DNA of 64,000 nt from positions 430,663 to 494,662 of the forward strand of contig CAWISR010000002.1 in the NCBI GenBank assembly GCA_963838845.1, in the 5' to 3' direction. Below are positions 29,570-39,922 of the stretch, piece by piece (positions within the stretch are counted from its first letter, which is position 1; each line of letters opens with the position of its first letter). This stretch comes from an uncultured Acidimicrobiaceae bacterium. Lineage in GTDB: Bacteria; Actinomycetota; Acidimicrobiia; Acidimicrobiales; Bog-793. The notes under the pieces are model-generated. The model worked only from the letters and a program-made list of their open reading frames with translations. It made no database searches and was not told the origin of the DNA. A program made the translations under genes and the position numbers.

Positions 29570-30641
29570 GTGACAACCCCACCTAAGGACCCTACGCAGG
29601 CTTTTGACTCAGCCTTCGCAACGATTGTCAACTCGATTTCGATCAAAAGCACTGAGCCACAAGACGATCCGGCTGATCGTGCAGAGGCGGCTCTCTACGA
29701 GAACGAGGGCTCTCTCGTTGATGTGGCGCTTGCGATGCGGAATTATCGAGATGCATTTGAGCAGCAGATTCAGGACGTCTGGAATGCCAGCTTCTCATGG
29801 GTCGACATTGCTCTCGCATACTTGCATTTCGTCATATCGACGCTCGGCGGTCCTACGCATCGTGAGAAGGTACCCAGCACCGTCGCCGCAGCAATTCGTC
29901 GACGTCGCCTCACGAGCAACGAGTGTCGGCCACGAAGTATTGGCCCTGATGCGATCAGGGTTTCCTAATGGTGCAGAGGCACGATGGAGGACCCTTTACG
30001 AGCTGGCGGTCACAGCTGAAGTTCTCCGAGTCGGCGGCCGTCAGGTCGCAGGTCGTTTCGAGAACCACCGCTTCGTCTTCCTCGCCAAAGAAGGGAACCG
30101 GCTATTTCCCGACACCGAGGTGGGACATCGATCACACACTCTCGCAGTTCGAGAGTGCAACAGGCTCGTGCGTCGCTATGGAGATGCTTTTGCGGGGAAT
30201 TACGGGTGGGCGGCGGTTCTCACAGGACGTCGACTTAACAAGCTTTCTCCTAGCTTTAGTGACCTCGAAAGTCTCACGGAGTCCAAACGCTTTACGACCC
30301 TGCGCCAATTCGCTAATCATCACACGCATGCTGACGCTCTCGGTGGTCGGCTCCTCTATGACGAGCAAGGCTCGATCCACCACGGAAGCAAGCCGTTTGA
30401 CCTCGGAGAGATCGCAGGCGCAACAGCAGACTGTCTCACCGTCACCGCTTCTGCCGTCACCTACTCGTGGGCGAACTACGTGCAGTCGGATCCGTCGATT
30501 GAGACTCTCCGATTTCTCAGTGATGAAATTCAGCTAGTGGCCACTCGTAATGCCCGAGCTTCAATTCCGTCGCTCGCCGCCCTAAATGACTTCCTGGAAT
30601 CCGCAACACGACTACGAGGCGGCGCAGACAACAGGATGTGA
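29570..30641 (+). pseudogene. DUF5677-like protein, frameshifted
   Basis: GFPNGAEARWRTLYEL, YGWA, ANHHTHA; N-terminal part in a different frame. Confidence 0.6.
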
Positions 30642-31171
30642 GTGGCATTGCGAGAGGGCGCGAACATAACGCCAACAACACCGCTGTGATCATGGCCATG
30701 AGACGCGATGCGACAGCGACCACATCGATTACAAGACGCTGACGAGCAACAAAAGTACGAGCGAGATCACGATGATTACGACAAGGACGGTACGCCAAGG
30801 ATGGCGCGTCGAGGAAAGTCCTCTTTGGTTTCGGGGACAGATTCCGAGGGTGCGACTATGGGCGCCCGTTAAGTCTGCTCGGACGACTCCTCTTCCTCAG
30901 GGAAGCTGACGAGCCGGGGACGTGAGCCCGCGACAACATCGAAAAATGGAGTCGTCGATGGCGGCGGAGGAGGAAGCCGATTCACCGCAGCCTCGGCGGC
31001 ACGTAGTTCGGGATTTGATTCGATTTGCTCTAATTCGGAGAGTGCGTGGTTTGCATGAGCATCGCGACGTCTGCGGTGAAAAATGCTCATGAATCTCACG
31101 ATAACTGAGCGGGCGTCGTGCCGCTACGGACCCGGCGATCGAGGACAGCACTTATTCCTTAGGATCAAATC

Positions 31172-31618
31172 GTGACTCTTAGCGGAGAATACGAACCAAG
31201 TCCCGCCGATTGGGTCCGCGAACAGGTCGAGCTGTACGAGCGCTCCGGCGGAGCACAAGCGAACACGCTTCGGGACACCGGCCTCCCAGTCATCATCGTC
31301 ACGATGCGCGGCAACAAGAGCGGGAAGATTCGAAAGGTTCCCCTCATGCAAGTAGAGGACAACGGCGATTACGCCCTCGTTGCCTCAAAGGGCGGGTCAC
31401 TCAAACATCCGGTCTGGTATTACAACCTGAAATCTGATCCCGACAACGTCATGATCCAGGACGGCCCAGAGCCATTCCCGGCATCGGTGCACGAGGCGGT
31501 TGGCGCGGAGAAGGACACATGGTGGGACCGAGCGGTCAACGCTTATCCGCCGTACGCCGAGTATCAGGCGGAAACCGATCGTCAAATTCCGGTGTTCGTC
31601 GCGACTCGCCGCCACTAG
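31172..31618 (+). CDS. F420 (deazaflavin)-dependent nitroreductase family protein
   Basis: GNKSGKIRKVPLM, VASKGG..HPVWYYNL, YQAETDRQIPVF. Confidence 0.9.
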   Translation: MTLSGEYEPSPADWVREQVELYERSGGAQANTLRDTGLPVIIVTMRGNKSGKIRKVPLMQVEDNGDYALVASKGGSLKHPVWYYNLKSDPDNVMIQDGPEPFPASVHEAVGAEKDTWWDRAVNAYPPYAEYQAETDRQIPVFVATRRH

Positions 31619-31749
31619 TCAATTTGCGTCGTGTCCCGAGAGCCATCGACCGTTTACCGCTGCCGAAGAACCCGCACGATCCATTTCGCCACTTTTGTCG
31701 TGGGCGGGTTCCTCTTCCTCTATTCGGCCGATAAGAAGTCCCTCGGTCA

Positions 31750-32328
31750 ATGAAGCGCCTTCTACTTTCCGCGGTTGTCGTAATCGTTCTGTTGGTGTCC
31801 GCCTCGCCTGCTGTCGCGAACGCGAAGGCGCCGAACCTCAAAGCGCGGCTACTCAGAATCGAGCAACTGCCAAGCGGGTGGGCAGTTGTACCGGTGGTGG
31901 CCAAAGGCGTCGGCTGTTATCAGGGCGGACTCGAATTGAAGGAAATCCCGCGAACTGCGGACGTGAAGATCGAGTTTCTCTACAAGGGCGGCCTTTCCGT
32001 CATTGGAGAGGAGCTGGCTACTTACGCCGGATCGTCAAGAGTCGCGTACTCGCAGGCTGTGTCGAAACTGGCCTCCTGCAGGAAGATAAGCGGCACCTTG
32101 GATGGCAGGAAGGTGACCGGATCGGTCAGGTCGATGTCATTTCCGAGGTTCGGAGACGAGTCAAGCGCCTTCAACGCGATCTTTAACGAGGAAGGAACGG
32201 AACGCGTTGAAGACGACGTGATCGTCCGAAAAGGTTCCATCGTGATGCTCCTCTTCGAAGGGAACTTCGGCACGCCGAACGTCAGCAAGTTCGAGAATCT
32301 GGTCAGCAAGGCAGTGGCAAGGTTGTGA
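31750..32328 (+). CDS. Secreted hypothetical protein
   Basis: Signal peptide; LLRIEQLPSGW; paired Cys. Confidence 0.7.
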   Translation: MKRLLLSAVVVIVLLVSASPAVANAKAPNLKARLLRIEQLPSGWAVVPVVAKGVGCYQGGLELKEIPRTADVKIEFLYKGGLSVIGEELATYAGSSRVAYSQAVSKLASCRKISGTLDGRKVTGSVRSMSFPRFGDESSAFNAIFNEEGTERVEDDVIVRKGSIVMLLFEGNFGTPNVSKFENLVSKAVARL

Positions 32329-32547
32329 GGGGCGCAGGTTCGATCTGGAAATGCACCTCGGTCCCGAAGACGCCGGTCACTCGGCTCGCCAACGCTGAAG
32401 CCTCCAGTCGCAGAATGTGGACGTCGGCCCTCCGAACCCTCATGAAGACCGCTCCCACGCCGAGTGCGCCTTCGTTGGGTGTCCCTAAATGTTCAACCGC
32501 GCATCGTACGGGCTCACAGTGGCCGTGGTGGGAAGTGGCGGGATTGC

Positions 32548-32587
32548 GCGGGTGCGCTCCCTATAACACAGCATCCGCAAACTGCAT
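32548..32587 (+). repeat. About 41-bp dispersed repeat, copy 2
   Basis: GCGGGTGCGCTCCCTATAACACAGCATCCGCAAACTGCAT. Confidence 0.8.
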
Positions 32588-32593
32588 GATCGT

Positions 32594-33004
32594 TTAGAAC
32601 GAACCATTCGGAGACGTAGTTACGACGATCTCGATCTCGCCGGTCGCGTCGTAATCAAGAAATTGGAAACCTGTTTTGCCCGTCAGTGGGTCGAGTAATC
32701 GTGATCTGGTTTCCCACTGCTCGCGATCGCCATCGAATATCAATTCGGACGGCGCGGCCCAGTGCAAGGCTCCGTGTATTCCTCGCCGAAATTGGAGTGC
32801 GGAGAAGCCGATCAGCTTCGCTGATCTCAGAGTCGCGGTGTATTCATCGTGGGCGAGCCGCGCACAGAGATCCCGAAGCTCGGTAACTCCCGTCGTGTCG
32901 GTCGCGAAGCGGATCAACGGTCCCTCCGCGGCGTCTGCGAGGTAATCGACGGTGATCGAGTGATCACTCACGCGGGCACGGCAAGCACCGAGATAGATCG
33001 CCAT
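32594..33004 (-). CDS. Hypothetical protein
   Basis: 136-aa ORF, start uncertain. Confidence 0.45.
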   Translation of the reverse strand: MAIYLGACRARVSDHSITVDYLADAAEGPLIRFATDTTGVTELRDLCARLAHDEYTATLRSAKLIGFSALQFRRGIHGALHWAAPSELIFDGDREQWETRSRLLDPLTGKTGFQFLDYDATGEIEIVVTTSPNGSF

Positions 33005-33006
33005 TT

Positions 33007-33228
33007 TGAAACGCGTGCGAACAACAACGAAAGTGAGCCGTTCAGTCCGCGCGATCTGCGGCGTTCGTGAGTGTCAGATCTTTTAGACCCAGGTATCGAC
33101 ATCTCGGTTGTGCAGCAGTTCGTCGGTCACGCCAATGTGACGACAACTGCCCGTTACGACCGTCGAGGTGAGCACGCCAAGAAACGAGCGGCGAAATCGC
33201 TCACATCCCGTTCGTGGTTGACACGTGA
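33007..33228 (+). pseudogene. Tyrosine recombinase C-terminal relic 1
   Basis: [41 protein letters not shown] with internal stop and frameshift. Confidence 0.85.
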
Positions 33229-33446
33229 TCGGACCTATCCGACGACTAGCCCCGGATTTATCCATGATCGGTTCCGGTGTCTTCGTCCTGTTCATCTGAT
33301 CGATGGAAACGAGATCTCGTAGTTCGATTTGCTCAGCTTGAGTTAGCTCTTTCGAGCTAATTCCAACCTTTTTCTTTCTCTTCCCACAACGACGACGTCA
33401 AACTCCAACGAGTTGGGGCTACCAACGAGAGAGAAGGAATCGGACA

Positions 33447-34169
33447 ATGGGCATACGTTCAGCGCAACACTTCAAAATACGAACTGGAGCGCAAAACCTA
33501 AAGGAGCGACCTGCGTCATTGCGGAAGGGGTTACTCATCGCCGCTGCAGTACTTATAACCGGACTGGTCGCCATCCCGAGTACAGCACTTGCGTCCGATC
33601 GGGGTACCCACAATGGCGACCACCACCACGGTAAGCAGGACAACGGCGAGCAGCACAACGGCGCAGGATTGAGCTATCCGTGGGTCTACACTTTCGACAA
33701 CAACAGCGGGCCAGACTCTGGCTACTGCACCAGTTACACGAATGCTTGGGCGAACGACAGGTACTCACGCACATTCGTTGTTATCCCGCAAGCGGACGGC
33801 AGCTATCTCGTTGACGAAAGCTTTACTGGAACATTTGTCACGATCGCTGGTAATCCTCAACCGAACGCTTCGCCTTGCGGGGCGACAGAGACAGGTGGCG
33901 TGAAAGGTAACTACGTCGGCACTGAATCCTTTACGATCAGCGGACCGGTGGAGTTCAATCCTGATGCCACGTGCGTCGCATGCAATGCGACTACGACAAA
34001 CTCGTCATCTGCCGAGGCTGGTAATGCCGCATTCGTGGCAGCGTTCTTCCCTGGCGGCACGTACAGCGGAGTCGGTAACTTCGACTTCCGGTACACGACG
34101 CAGCACAACGGCTCGTGGATCGATTCGATCGCTACTCCACAAGCATCGAGCGGTAACATCACCGGCTGA
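33447..34169 (+). CDS. Secreted hypothetical protein
   Basis: Signal peptide, His-rich linker, Cys-containing beta-rich domain; followed by a terminator. Confidence 0.7.
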   Translation: MGIRSAQHFKIRTGAQNLKERPASLRKGLLIAAAVLITGLVAIPSTALASDRGTHNGDHHHGKQDNGEQHNGAGLSYPWVYTFDNNSGPDSGYCTSYTNAWANDRYSRTFVVIPQADGSYLVDESFTGTFVTIAGNPQPNASPCGATETGGVKGNYVGTESFTISGPVEFNPDATCVACNATTTNSSSAEAGNAAFVAAFFPGGTYSGVGNFDFRYTTQHNGSWIDSIATPQASSGNITG

Positions 34170-34191
34170 CGTTCAGACAGCTTCTTAACCG

Positions 34192-34233
34192 AAATCCCCC
34201 GGTCTCGTAATGGGGCCGGGGGATTTTGTTTTA
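34192..34233 (+). terminator. Rho-independent terminator
   Basis: AAATCCCCCGGTCTC-GTAAT-GGGGCCGGGGGATTT followed by a T-rich tail. Confidence 0.8.
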
Positions 34234-34299
34234 CCGTCACACGAATCAAGGCGAGCCTATTCATCCCACGAACGACATGATTCGGAGCTTTGTGTACGA

Positions 34300-34607
34300 A
34301 GACGGGACACCCCATTCCGCCTTTGTTCTTCTGGCCCATCAGCCGCCTCCGATCGATGAGCGATCAGGCTGCTTACGCAATCCTTCGATCTCGGGCACAA
34401 AAGGCGAAAGTGAAAGAGTTCAGCCCTCACGACTTGCGGCGTTCGTGCGTTTCAGATCCTTTGGGCGCAGGTATCGACATCTCGATCGTGCAGCGTTTTG
34501 TGGGCCACGCAAATGTGGCGACGACTGCTCGTTACGACCGCAGAGGAGAACACGCCAAGAAACGAGCGGCTAAAAGCTTGCACGTCCCGTTCGTGGTCGA
34601 TTCATAA
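34300..34607 (+). pseudogene. Tyrosine recombinase C-terminal relic 2
   Basis: MSDQAAYAILRSRAQKAKVKEFSPHDLRRS...[17 protein letters not shown]-terminus missing. Confidence 0.85.
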
Positions 34608-34646
34608 CGCAGAACTTCAAACGATCACCGCCGCCATCCAGAGTGA

Positions 34647-35126
34647 TCAGATCACTCCGATGGTCCAACAGGCGATCTCAGCTCCGAACGACACGAGTGC
34701 TGCAATGAAAACCCATTGAAGTACATAGATCTTGTAGCTGTCCCGGTTGATTTCCTTAGGAATCTGTCGTGCAAGCTTCGCTCGCACCTCATCTGCGTTC
34801 ATGCGAGGTTCGCACGTCGTCATGCGCCGCACTTTGCCTGGCCGAGAATAGAAATGCCACCGCAATAACGGACTAAACACGATTCCCAGCAACACGAAGC
34901 TGAGCAGGAACAGTGAGAGTGCGGCAAGCTCAACCGGATGTTTGGAGATTTGCTGATGTGATTCGCTGATCAAAGCTGCAAACAGCGCCGTCGTGATTGC
35001 CACGACAGACAACATTGTTCCTGTTCGAATTCGCAACTCGTCGAGTATGTCGGCGGTTTCCCGCCGAGCTTCGACGGCTTCGGCGTACCAAAGCGCAACG
35101 GCGTCTCGATCAAGGACCTGTTTCAA
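34647..35126 (-). CDS. Membrane hypothetical protein (3 TM)
   Basis: Three hydrophobic segments. Confidence 0.55.
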   Translation of the reverse strand: MKQVLDRDAVALWYAEAVEARRETADILDELRIRTGTMLSVVAITTALFAALISESHQQISKHPVELAALSLFLLSFVLLGIVFSPLLRWHFYSRPGKVRRMTTCEPRMNADEVRAKLARQIPKEINRDSYKIYVLQWVFIAALVSFGAEIACWTIGVI

Positions 35127-35251
35127 TGCCTCTTCGGGCGAGATTGCTCTCGTAAATATCGACTATCGGCAGCGAACGGACTCTGATGTGGTGACCCTGA
35201 CAAAGCGAGGTAAACCGCCCATCGTTGTTGCGCCACGTCCTAGGGTCAGCT

Positions 35252-36350
35252 TCAGGTCGGACCACAATTCTCTGGAAGAACAGGTGTGACCGGCGGGACG
35301 GTATACATGGCCCCGACCGCCGGATCGCGATCGCCGTACGCTACGAAGCCGGCTCCGATGCGCGCGTTTCGAACCGACAGCCGGAGGAATCGAATCGAAG
35401 TGGCGGTTACGAGGGTGAGTGCCTGCTCGTCCGTGCCGTCAAAGGGCGATCGGTGTTGTGCGGTCCGCAAGAGCAAGAAGAAGCGCTCGTCTACGCGGAT
35501 CGCTTGATAGAGGACGACGGCATCTCGCTCGGGGTTGCAATGATCGCCGGCGCTTTGCACGATGAGCAGCGGGAGGCTTGGATCGGGAGCGCCGTATGGG
35601 CCGAGTCCATCTTCGGCACCCGAGAAGATCAGTGCTCCGCGAAGCGAAAAGCCTGCGCGGAGGGTTGACTCTGGAACGCTTTGTGGATCCGATCCGGTCC
35701 CGAAGGCGAAGAGCGCGGCCGCGGTCGCGCCGTCTGAGTGTCCGGCGACGACGAGCACGTGCGGATCGATCACCCCGAATACTCCCGGGCACAACCCGCT
35801 GCGATGCGCTGATGCTTGTTCCAGCGCGTGCCCAACGTAGGCGAGGTCGGCCGGCTCGTTCGCGAGATCGCCCTCGGTGTTGGTGCCCTGGGCAACAACC
35901 TCCGCTGGGTTTTCGTCGGGGAACGTCGGAGCGGCGACGACAAAGCCCGCTTTTGCCCACGCTGTTAAGAGCGGTGCATATACGCCGGGGTAGGAGTCGT
36001 AACCGGCAGCGAAGAGAACGAGCGGCCGAGGGCGGACGGGCGCGCTGGAAGTTGGGAGCCAGATCGTGGTCGGCAGTGAACGGACCTTCGCGGCAACAGA
36101 TGGTGGTTGGTTCGCATAATCGGGTACTGACCGCGATGAATCGACAAAGCCGCAATGGATCTCTGTCGGTGCTGGAGCACTCGATGGCCGGCGCGCAGTG
36201 GCTGGCGTGGCCGATGCCGGCAAGATGTCGGTGACGAGAAAAGCAATCGCGCAAAGCAAACCGAGCCGGACCGGAAGAGCGCGACGCCGAAAGCGCTCTC
36301 GATGCGAATAGGCGACGCGACCCAACGCACCCCAGTCGAAGGGACGTCGT
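35252..36350 (-). CDS. Secreted alpha/beta hydrolase (start uncertain)
   Basis: PLVLFAAG, AGFVVAAPTFP, nucleophile elbow GHSDG. Confidence 0.75.
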
Positions 36351-36547
36351 ATGTGGTGTTCGCGATTTCGACGGAGGGGCACCCGGGCGAAACCTAGCCC
36401 CCCAGCACGCCTCCTAGGCACAGCGAATTGGACATTGCGGCCGACGGTACGTCGATGGCTCCGGCTCTTCATCGAATCTTCCAGGAACATTGGAACATGC
36501 TCGGGCATCGGTGCCGGAAAGTTGTCTCGCCGAACGCCCAAGTTCCC

Positions 36548-37855
36548 TTAGTTGAACGGAACGGTGATCGGGCCGGGTAGGCGCCGGTAGACGGCGAAGA
36601 AGTCGCGATCATCGGGAACGAGGTATCTGTCGGGGGACTGATTGGGCTGGGGTTCGACCATGGTCGGGGTGAGACCGTGCGCATGGGTGTACGTAATGAG
36701 GGTGTGCCAATAGGGGTTGATGTCGAACTCCATCGCGTCCACCGCGCCCACATGTTGCAGGATCTGCGCGAGTGAGATCACGGTCTGGTCGTTCGCGACG
36801 ATAAAGATGAGGTTCCCGTGACGGTCGATGCCGACGCCGGTACGCCAGACCTGCGTGACGCCGCCCAACGTGTAGCCCCACTGCGGGCTGTTGGGGTTGG
36901 TGTTGAGCGTCGGGTTTAGCTGTCCGTTCCAGACAATCGGAGCGAGGCTCTGGCGCGCCCACGCGACGTTCGGCCCGAGGTGCGAACCAGCACTCCACTT
37001 CACGATCGCGACGGTGCCGTTGCGGTAGCCAATCAGCGTGGCGTTACCGTCGGTGAGCGGTTCGTTCACAAGGCCGTTGTCGGCGGACCCATTGGTGCCG
37101 TCTGAGTAGATGAAGCCGGCATTGAAGATTGCGAGCAGTCGGTAGCGCTGGTCGTTCGGGACCATCATCGGTCCTCTTACGGCAGCGTGCGGCGGCTCGT
37201 AGCGACCCGGGTAGTACGCGAGCGCGGTGCGCGAATGGTCAAACCAGGCGACGTAAGCGACGATCTGCGGGTATTCGAGCTCCGGCCGGTAGGTCGTGAC
37301 GAGCACCGGTGGGCCACCGTCGACGGGCGGCCCGGTCGGCTTCCAGATTCCTTCACCAGGAAGCGGGTGTGAGAAGACCGGCTTGATTGGCGGCGGCCAG
37401 GGCGCCCTCTGCGTCGACGGCGTTGTTGTGGTCACCCGATGCGCTTGACCGATGGTCGGATCGGAGAGCCCGACCGAGGGAAGTCTCTTAAGTTGCGGGC
37501 CGCCCGGCTTCGGCGCCTTCGAGCCGTAGTAGTAATGCTCGGCCTTGTCGACGATGAAGTTTCCGCCTGGAAGGCTCCTTACCCACTCGGCGCTGCGCGC
37601 GCCGAAAGACTCGCTCGTTGGCGCCAGCATCCAGCTCGCATAAGAGACCGCGAGCCAGACGACTGGAATTAGGACGAGAACGGCCGCTGCGAGCAAGGGG
37701 CGGCGATGTCTCCTTCGCCATTGCTTTCGCGTCTCGCGTCGCTGCGCTCGACGCGCGGACCTCCGGGCGAATAGTGCCGAGGCAGATGTGTCACCAGCAT
37801 CTGCCTGAAGCCTTGGGTGAGTCGAGCGTCTCCTACGTCCAAGGGCACTACTCAT
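36548..37855 (-). CDS. Phosphodiester glycosidase-like (NAGPA/DUF2233) membrane-anchored protein
   Basis: N-terminal TM; FNAGF, WRTGVGID, GAVDAMEFDIN, RDFF. Confidence 0.7.
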   Translation of the reverse strand: MSSALGRRRRSTHPRLQADAGDTSASALFARRSARRAQRRETRKQWRRRHRRPLLAAAVLVLIPVVWLAVSYASWMLAPTSESFGARSAEWVRSLPGGNFIVDKAEHYYYGSKAPKPGGPQLKRLPSVGLSDPTIGQAHRVTTTTPSTQRAPWPPPIKPVFSHPLPGEGIWKPTGPPVDGGPPVLVTTYRPELEYPQIVAYVAWFDHSRTALAYYPGRYEPPHAAVRGPMMVPNDQRYRLLAIFNAGFIYSDGTNGSADNGLVNEPLTDGNATLIGYRNGTVAIVKWSAGSHLGPNVAWARQSLAPIVWNGQLNPTLNTNPNSPQWGYTLGGVTQVWRTGVGIDRHGNLIFIVANDQTVISLAQILQHVGAVDAMEFDINPYWHTLITYTHAHGLTPTMVEPQPNQSPDRYLVPDDRDFFAVYRRLPGPITVPFN

Positions 37856-38238
37856 GATTGCGTTGCCTTCGAGCGCGTGCGGGCATTGCCGAGCTCGCCC
37901 CGGGATGAACAGGCTTCGCCACGACGACCGGCGTCATCCAGTCGCGGTGTGCGTCGGCGTGACACCATCGGACGCGAGGCGCTCGAAGCCGTCCGCGGTG
38001 TTGAGGAAGCCGGCCGCAGTTCCCGTGACACCCGTCGTGCCGTTCGTGGCGTGATGGGTCTCGTCGAGCATCTACTTCCGTGCTGCGGTTAGAGCAGACC
38101 GCGGGGTAGCGATGACCGTCGGTGCCCCGCGTCTCTCACAGCAGGAACGGTAAAGGTCGAGCCTTACGGGCACATGAACGACGCCATTGATCCCCAGAGG
38201 GATCGAGCGCGACGCCTTCGCCATGTAGGCGCCCGTGC

Positions 38239-38787
38239 TCAGTGTCCGAGGACGAGCCGTTGGCGCGTACTCCCGACGAGAATCAGCGCGAGGCCGAGCA
38301 CGCCGACGTCCCGCAGCACGAGATCGGACAGACCACCAGATGCGATAAGCGAGACGACAATTTCGAAGAGCAAAACCGCTGCGATCCCGGCTGACACCCG
38401 CAGCGCAAAGCCGAAGATGAGCGCCGCGGCCAACACGAACAACACCCAGCCGTGGATGAGGACGAGCGCCACGCTCAGGTTCGACCGGGGTGAGAGGATC
38501 GGCACGTACCCGGTCCACACGCCGGGCTGGACGAGTTCGTGGTACCCGAACCACGCGAGCACCAGGCCGAGCAGTACCCGACCAAGAGTGGGCGCCCAAT
38601 CGCCAAATGTGAGGGCCGCCTTTTTGACGACGTCCTCGAGTTCCAAGGGCGCGCCACCTGCGACGTGCCGCCCGAGGCCGGCATTGCTCGAATCCTCGGA
38701 GACGTCAAGCTGTGACGCGATCGCGGTGGTCGCTGCGGCTCGCGGTCGGCGGTCCGTCCGGCGTCGCGCTCGTCTTCCTCTACTCAT
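38239..38787 (-). CDS. DoxX-like membrane protein
   Basis: GRVLLGLVLAWFG...RDVGVLG; four TM. Confidence 0.65.
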   Translation of the reverse strand: MSRGRRARRRTDRRPRAAATTAIASQLDVSEDSSNAGLGRHVAGGAPLELEDVVKKAALTFGDWAPTLGRVLLGLVLAWFGYHELVQPGVWTGYVPILSPRSNLSVALVLIHGWVLFVLAAALIFGFALRVSAGIAAVLLFEIVVSLIASGGLSDLVLRDVGVLGLALILVGSTRQRLVLGH

Positions 38788-38811
38788 CGCTTCCCGCTCA
38801 GTTGTCGAAGC

Positions 38812-39438
38812 TCACTGGACGATATGGCCCGACGAGTCGGTCGCGATCAGCCCGTCGTCGCCGTAGCTGTAGTCAGAGCCGCCCGAGTCGTCACCCAAGG
38901 TGGTGTCGACGAAGTAGAGCTTGTCGCTCGAGGGGTAAACCTTCTGCAGCGCTGACTGCCCGCTTCCGGATGCGACGAGATTGATCGAGATCTCGGAGCC
39001 GCGATGGTGGATCGAATACTTAAAACCGGAGAGCGCCAGCTGTGCCGACGCCGTCTCCTTCGACGGGTAGATCTCGTAAGCGTACGGTGCATATGGGCTG
39101 CTCGACAGGACCGGTCCTCGCGTCTTCGGTGGCGACGACGATGTTGACGTCGAATTCGGGCGCTGACTTGTACTCGCCGTACCGTGGTGTGCCGGCGGAT
39201 TGTGATGAGCGCGAACTGGACGCTTCGCGGCCGATTGTTGCGCGTCGGAGGACTGGTAGTTGTTCCCGCTGACGGACAGGGCGCCCGTCACCACGCCTGA
39301 TCCACGAACCGACCATCCACGGGCTCCGAGGGCGACGCCGACAATTGCGACGAGGACCGTGAGCGCAAGTGGTGCTCGCGCCCGGTTCGAGCTGAGGCGA
39401 TTACGGTCGACGATCGCCGTGTTCTTGCGCGTATTCAC
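38812..39438 (-). CDS. Exported hypothetical protein
   Basis: N-terminal TM, Ser-rich linker, C-terminal globular region. Confidence 0.6.
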   Translation of the reverse strand: MNTRKNTAIVDRNRLSSNRARAPLALTVLVAIVGVALGARGWSVRGSGVVTGALSVSGNNYQSSDAQQSAAKRPVRAHHNPPAHHGTASTSQRPNSTSTSSSPPKTRGPVLSSSPYAPYAYEIYPSKETASAQLALSGFKYSIHHRGSEISINLVASGSGQSALQKVYPSSDKLYFVDTTLGDDSGGSDYSYGDDGLIATDSSGHIVQ

Positions 39439-39922
39439 CGCCGGACCTCTCCGGATCGGGTCTCGTGGCCAGTAGGCACTGGAGCAGGAAAGCCGCGATG
39501 CGCACGGCGCGAAGATTCACGTCCGCTTGCCATCCTCCTCCTCGGTCTGTCGGTATCGAACCGCGGCGATGCCACGATCGTGAGGTCGAGGGTAGGAGCC
39601 GGACCTTACGCAAACATGAAGCTGACGACCGTGCCCTAAGTGAAAGCGATCCTGCGCCTCCTGGAACTCGACGGGTCGGACAATAAAAAGATCGCTCAGC
39701 GGAGCGTCACGCGGTGAGGCGCTCGTGCACAGGTGCCGGCCCAGATCCTGTCGCGACGTAGGGGGCGATTCGGCAACGTGCGCGAACAATCGGGAACTAC
39801 GTTGGCACTGACGAGTAAATAACGGGTGATTTCTTACTTGGTACTTCCAACGCGTCAATCCCTCGTAAATGTGAATCTGACGTGTCGTCGCGTTTGTACA
39901 ACTACTCCAACGAATCTCCGTC

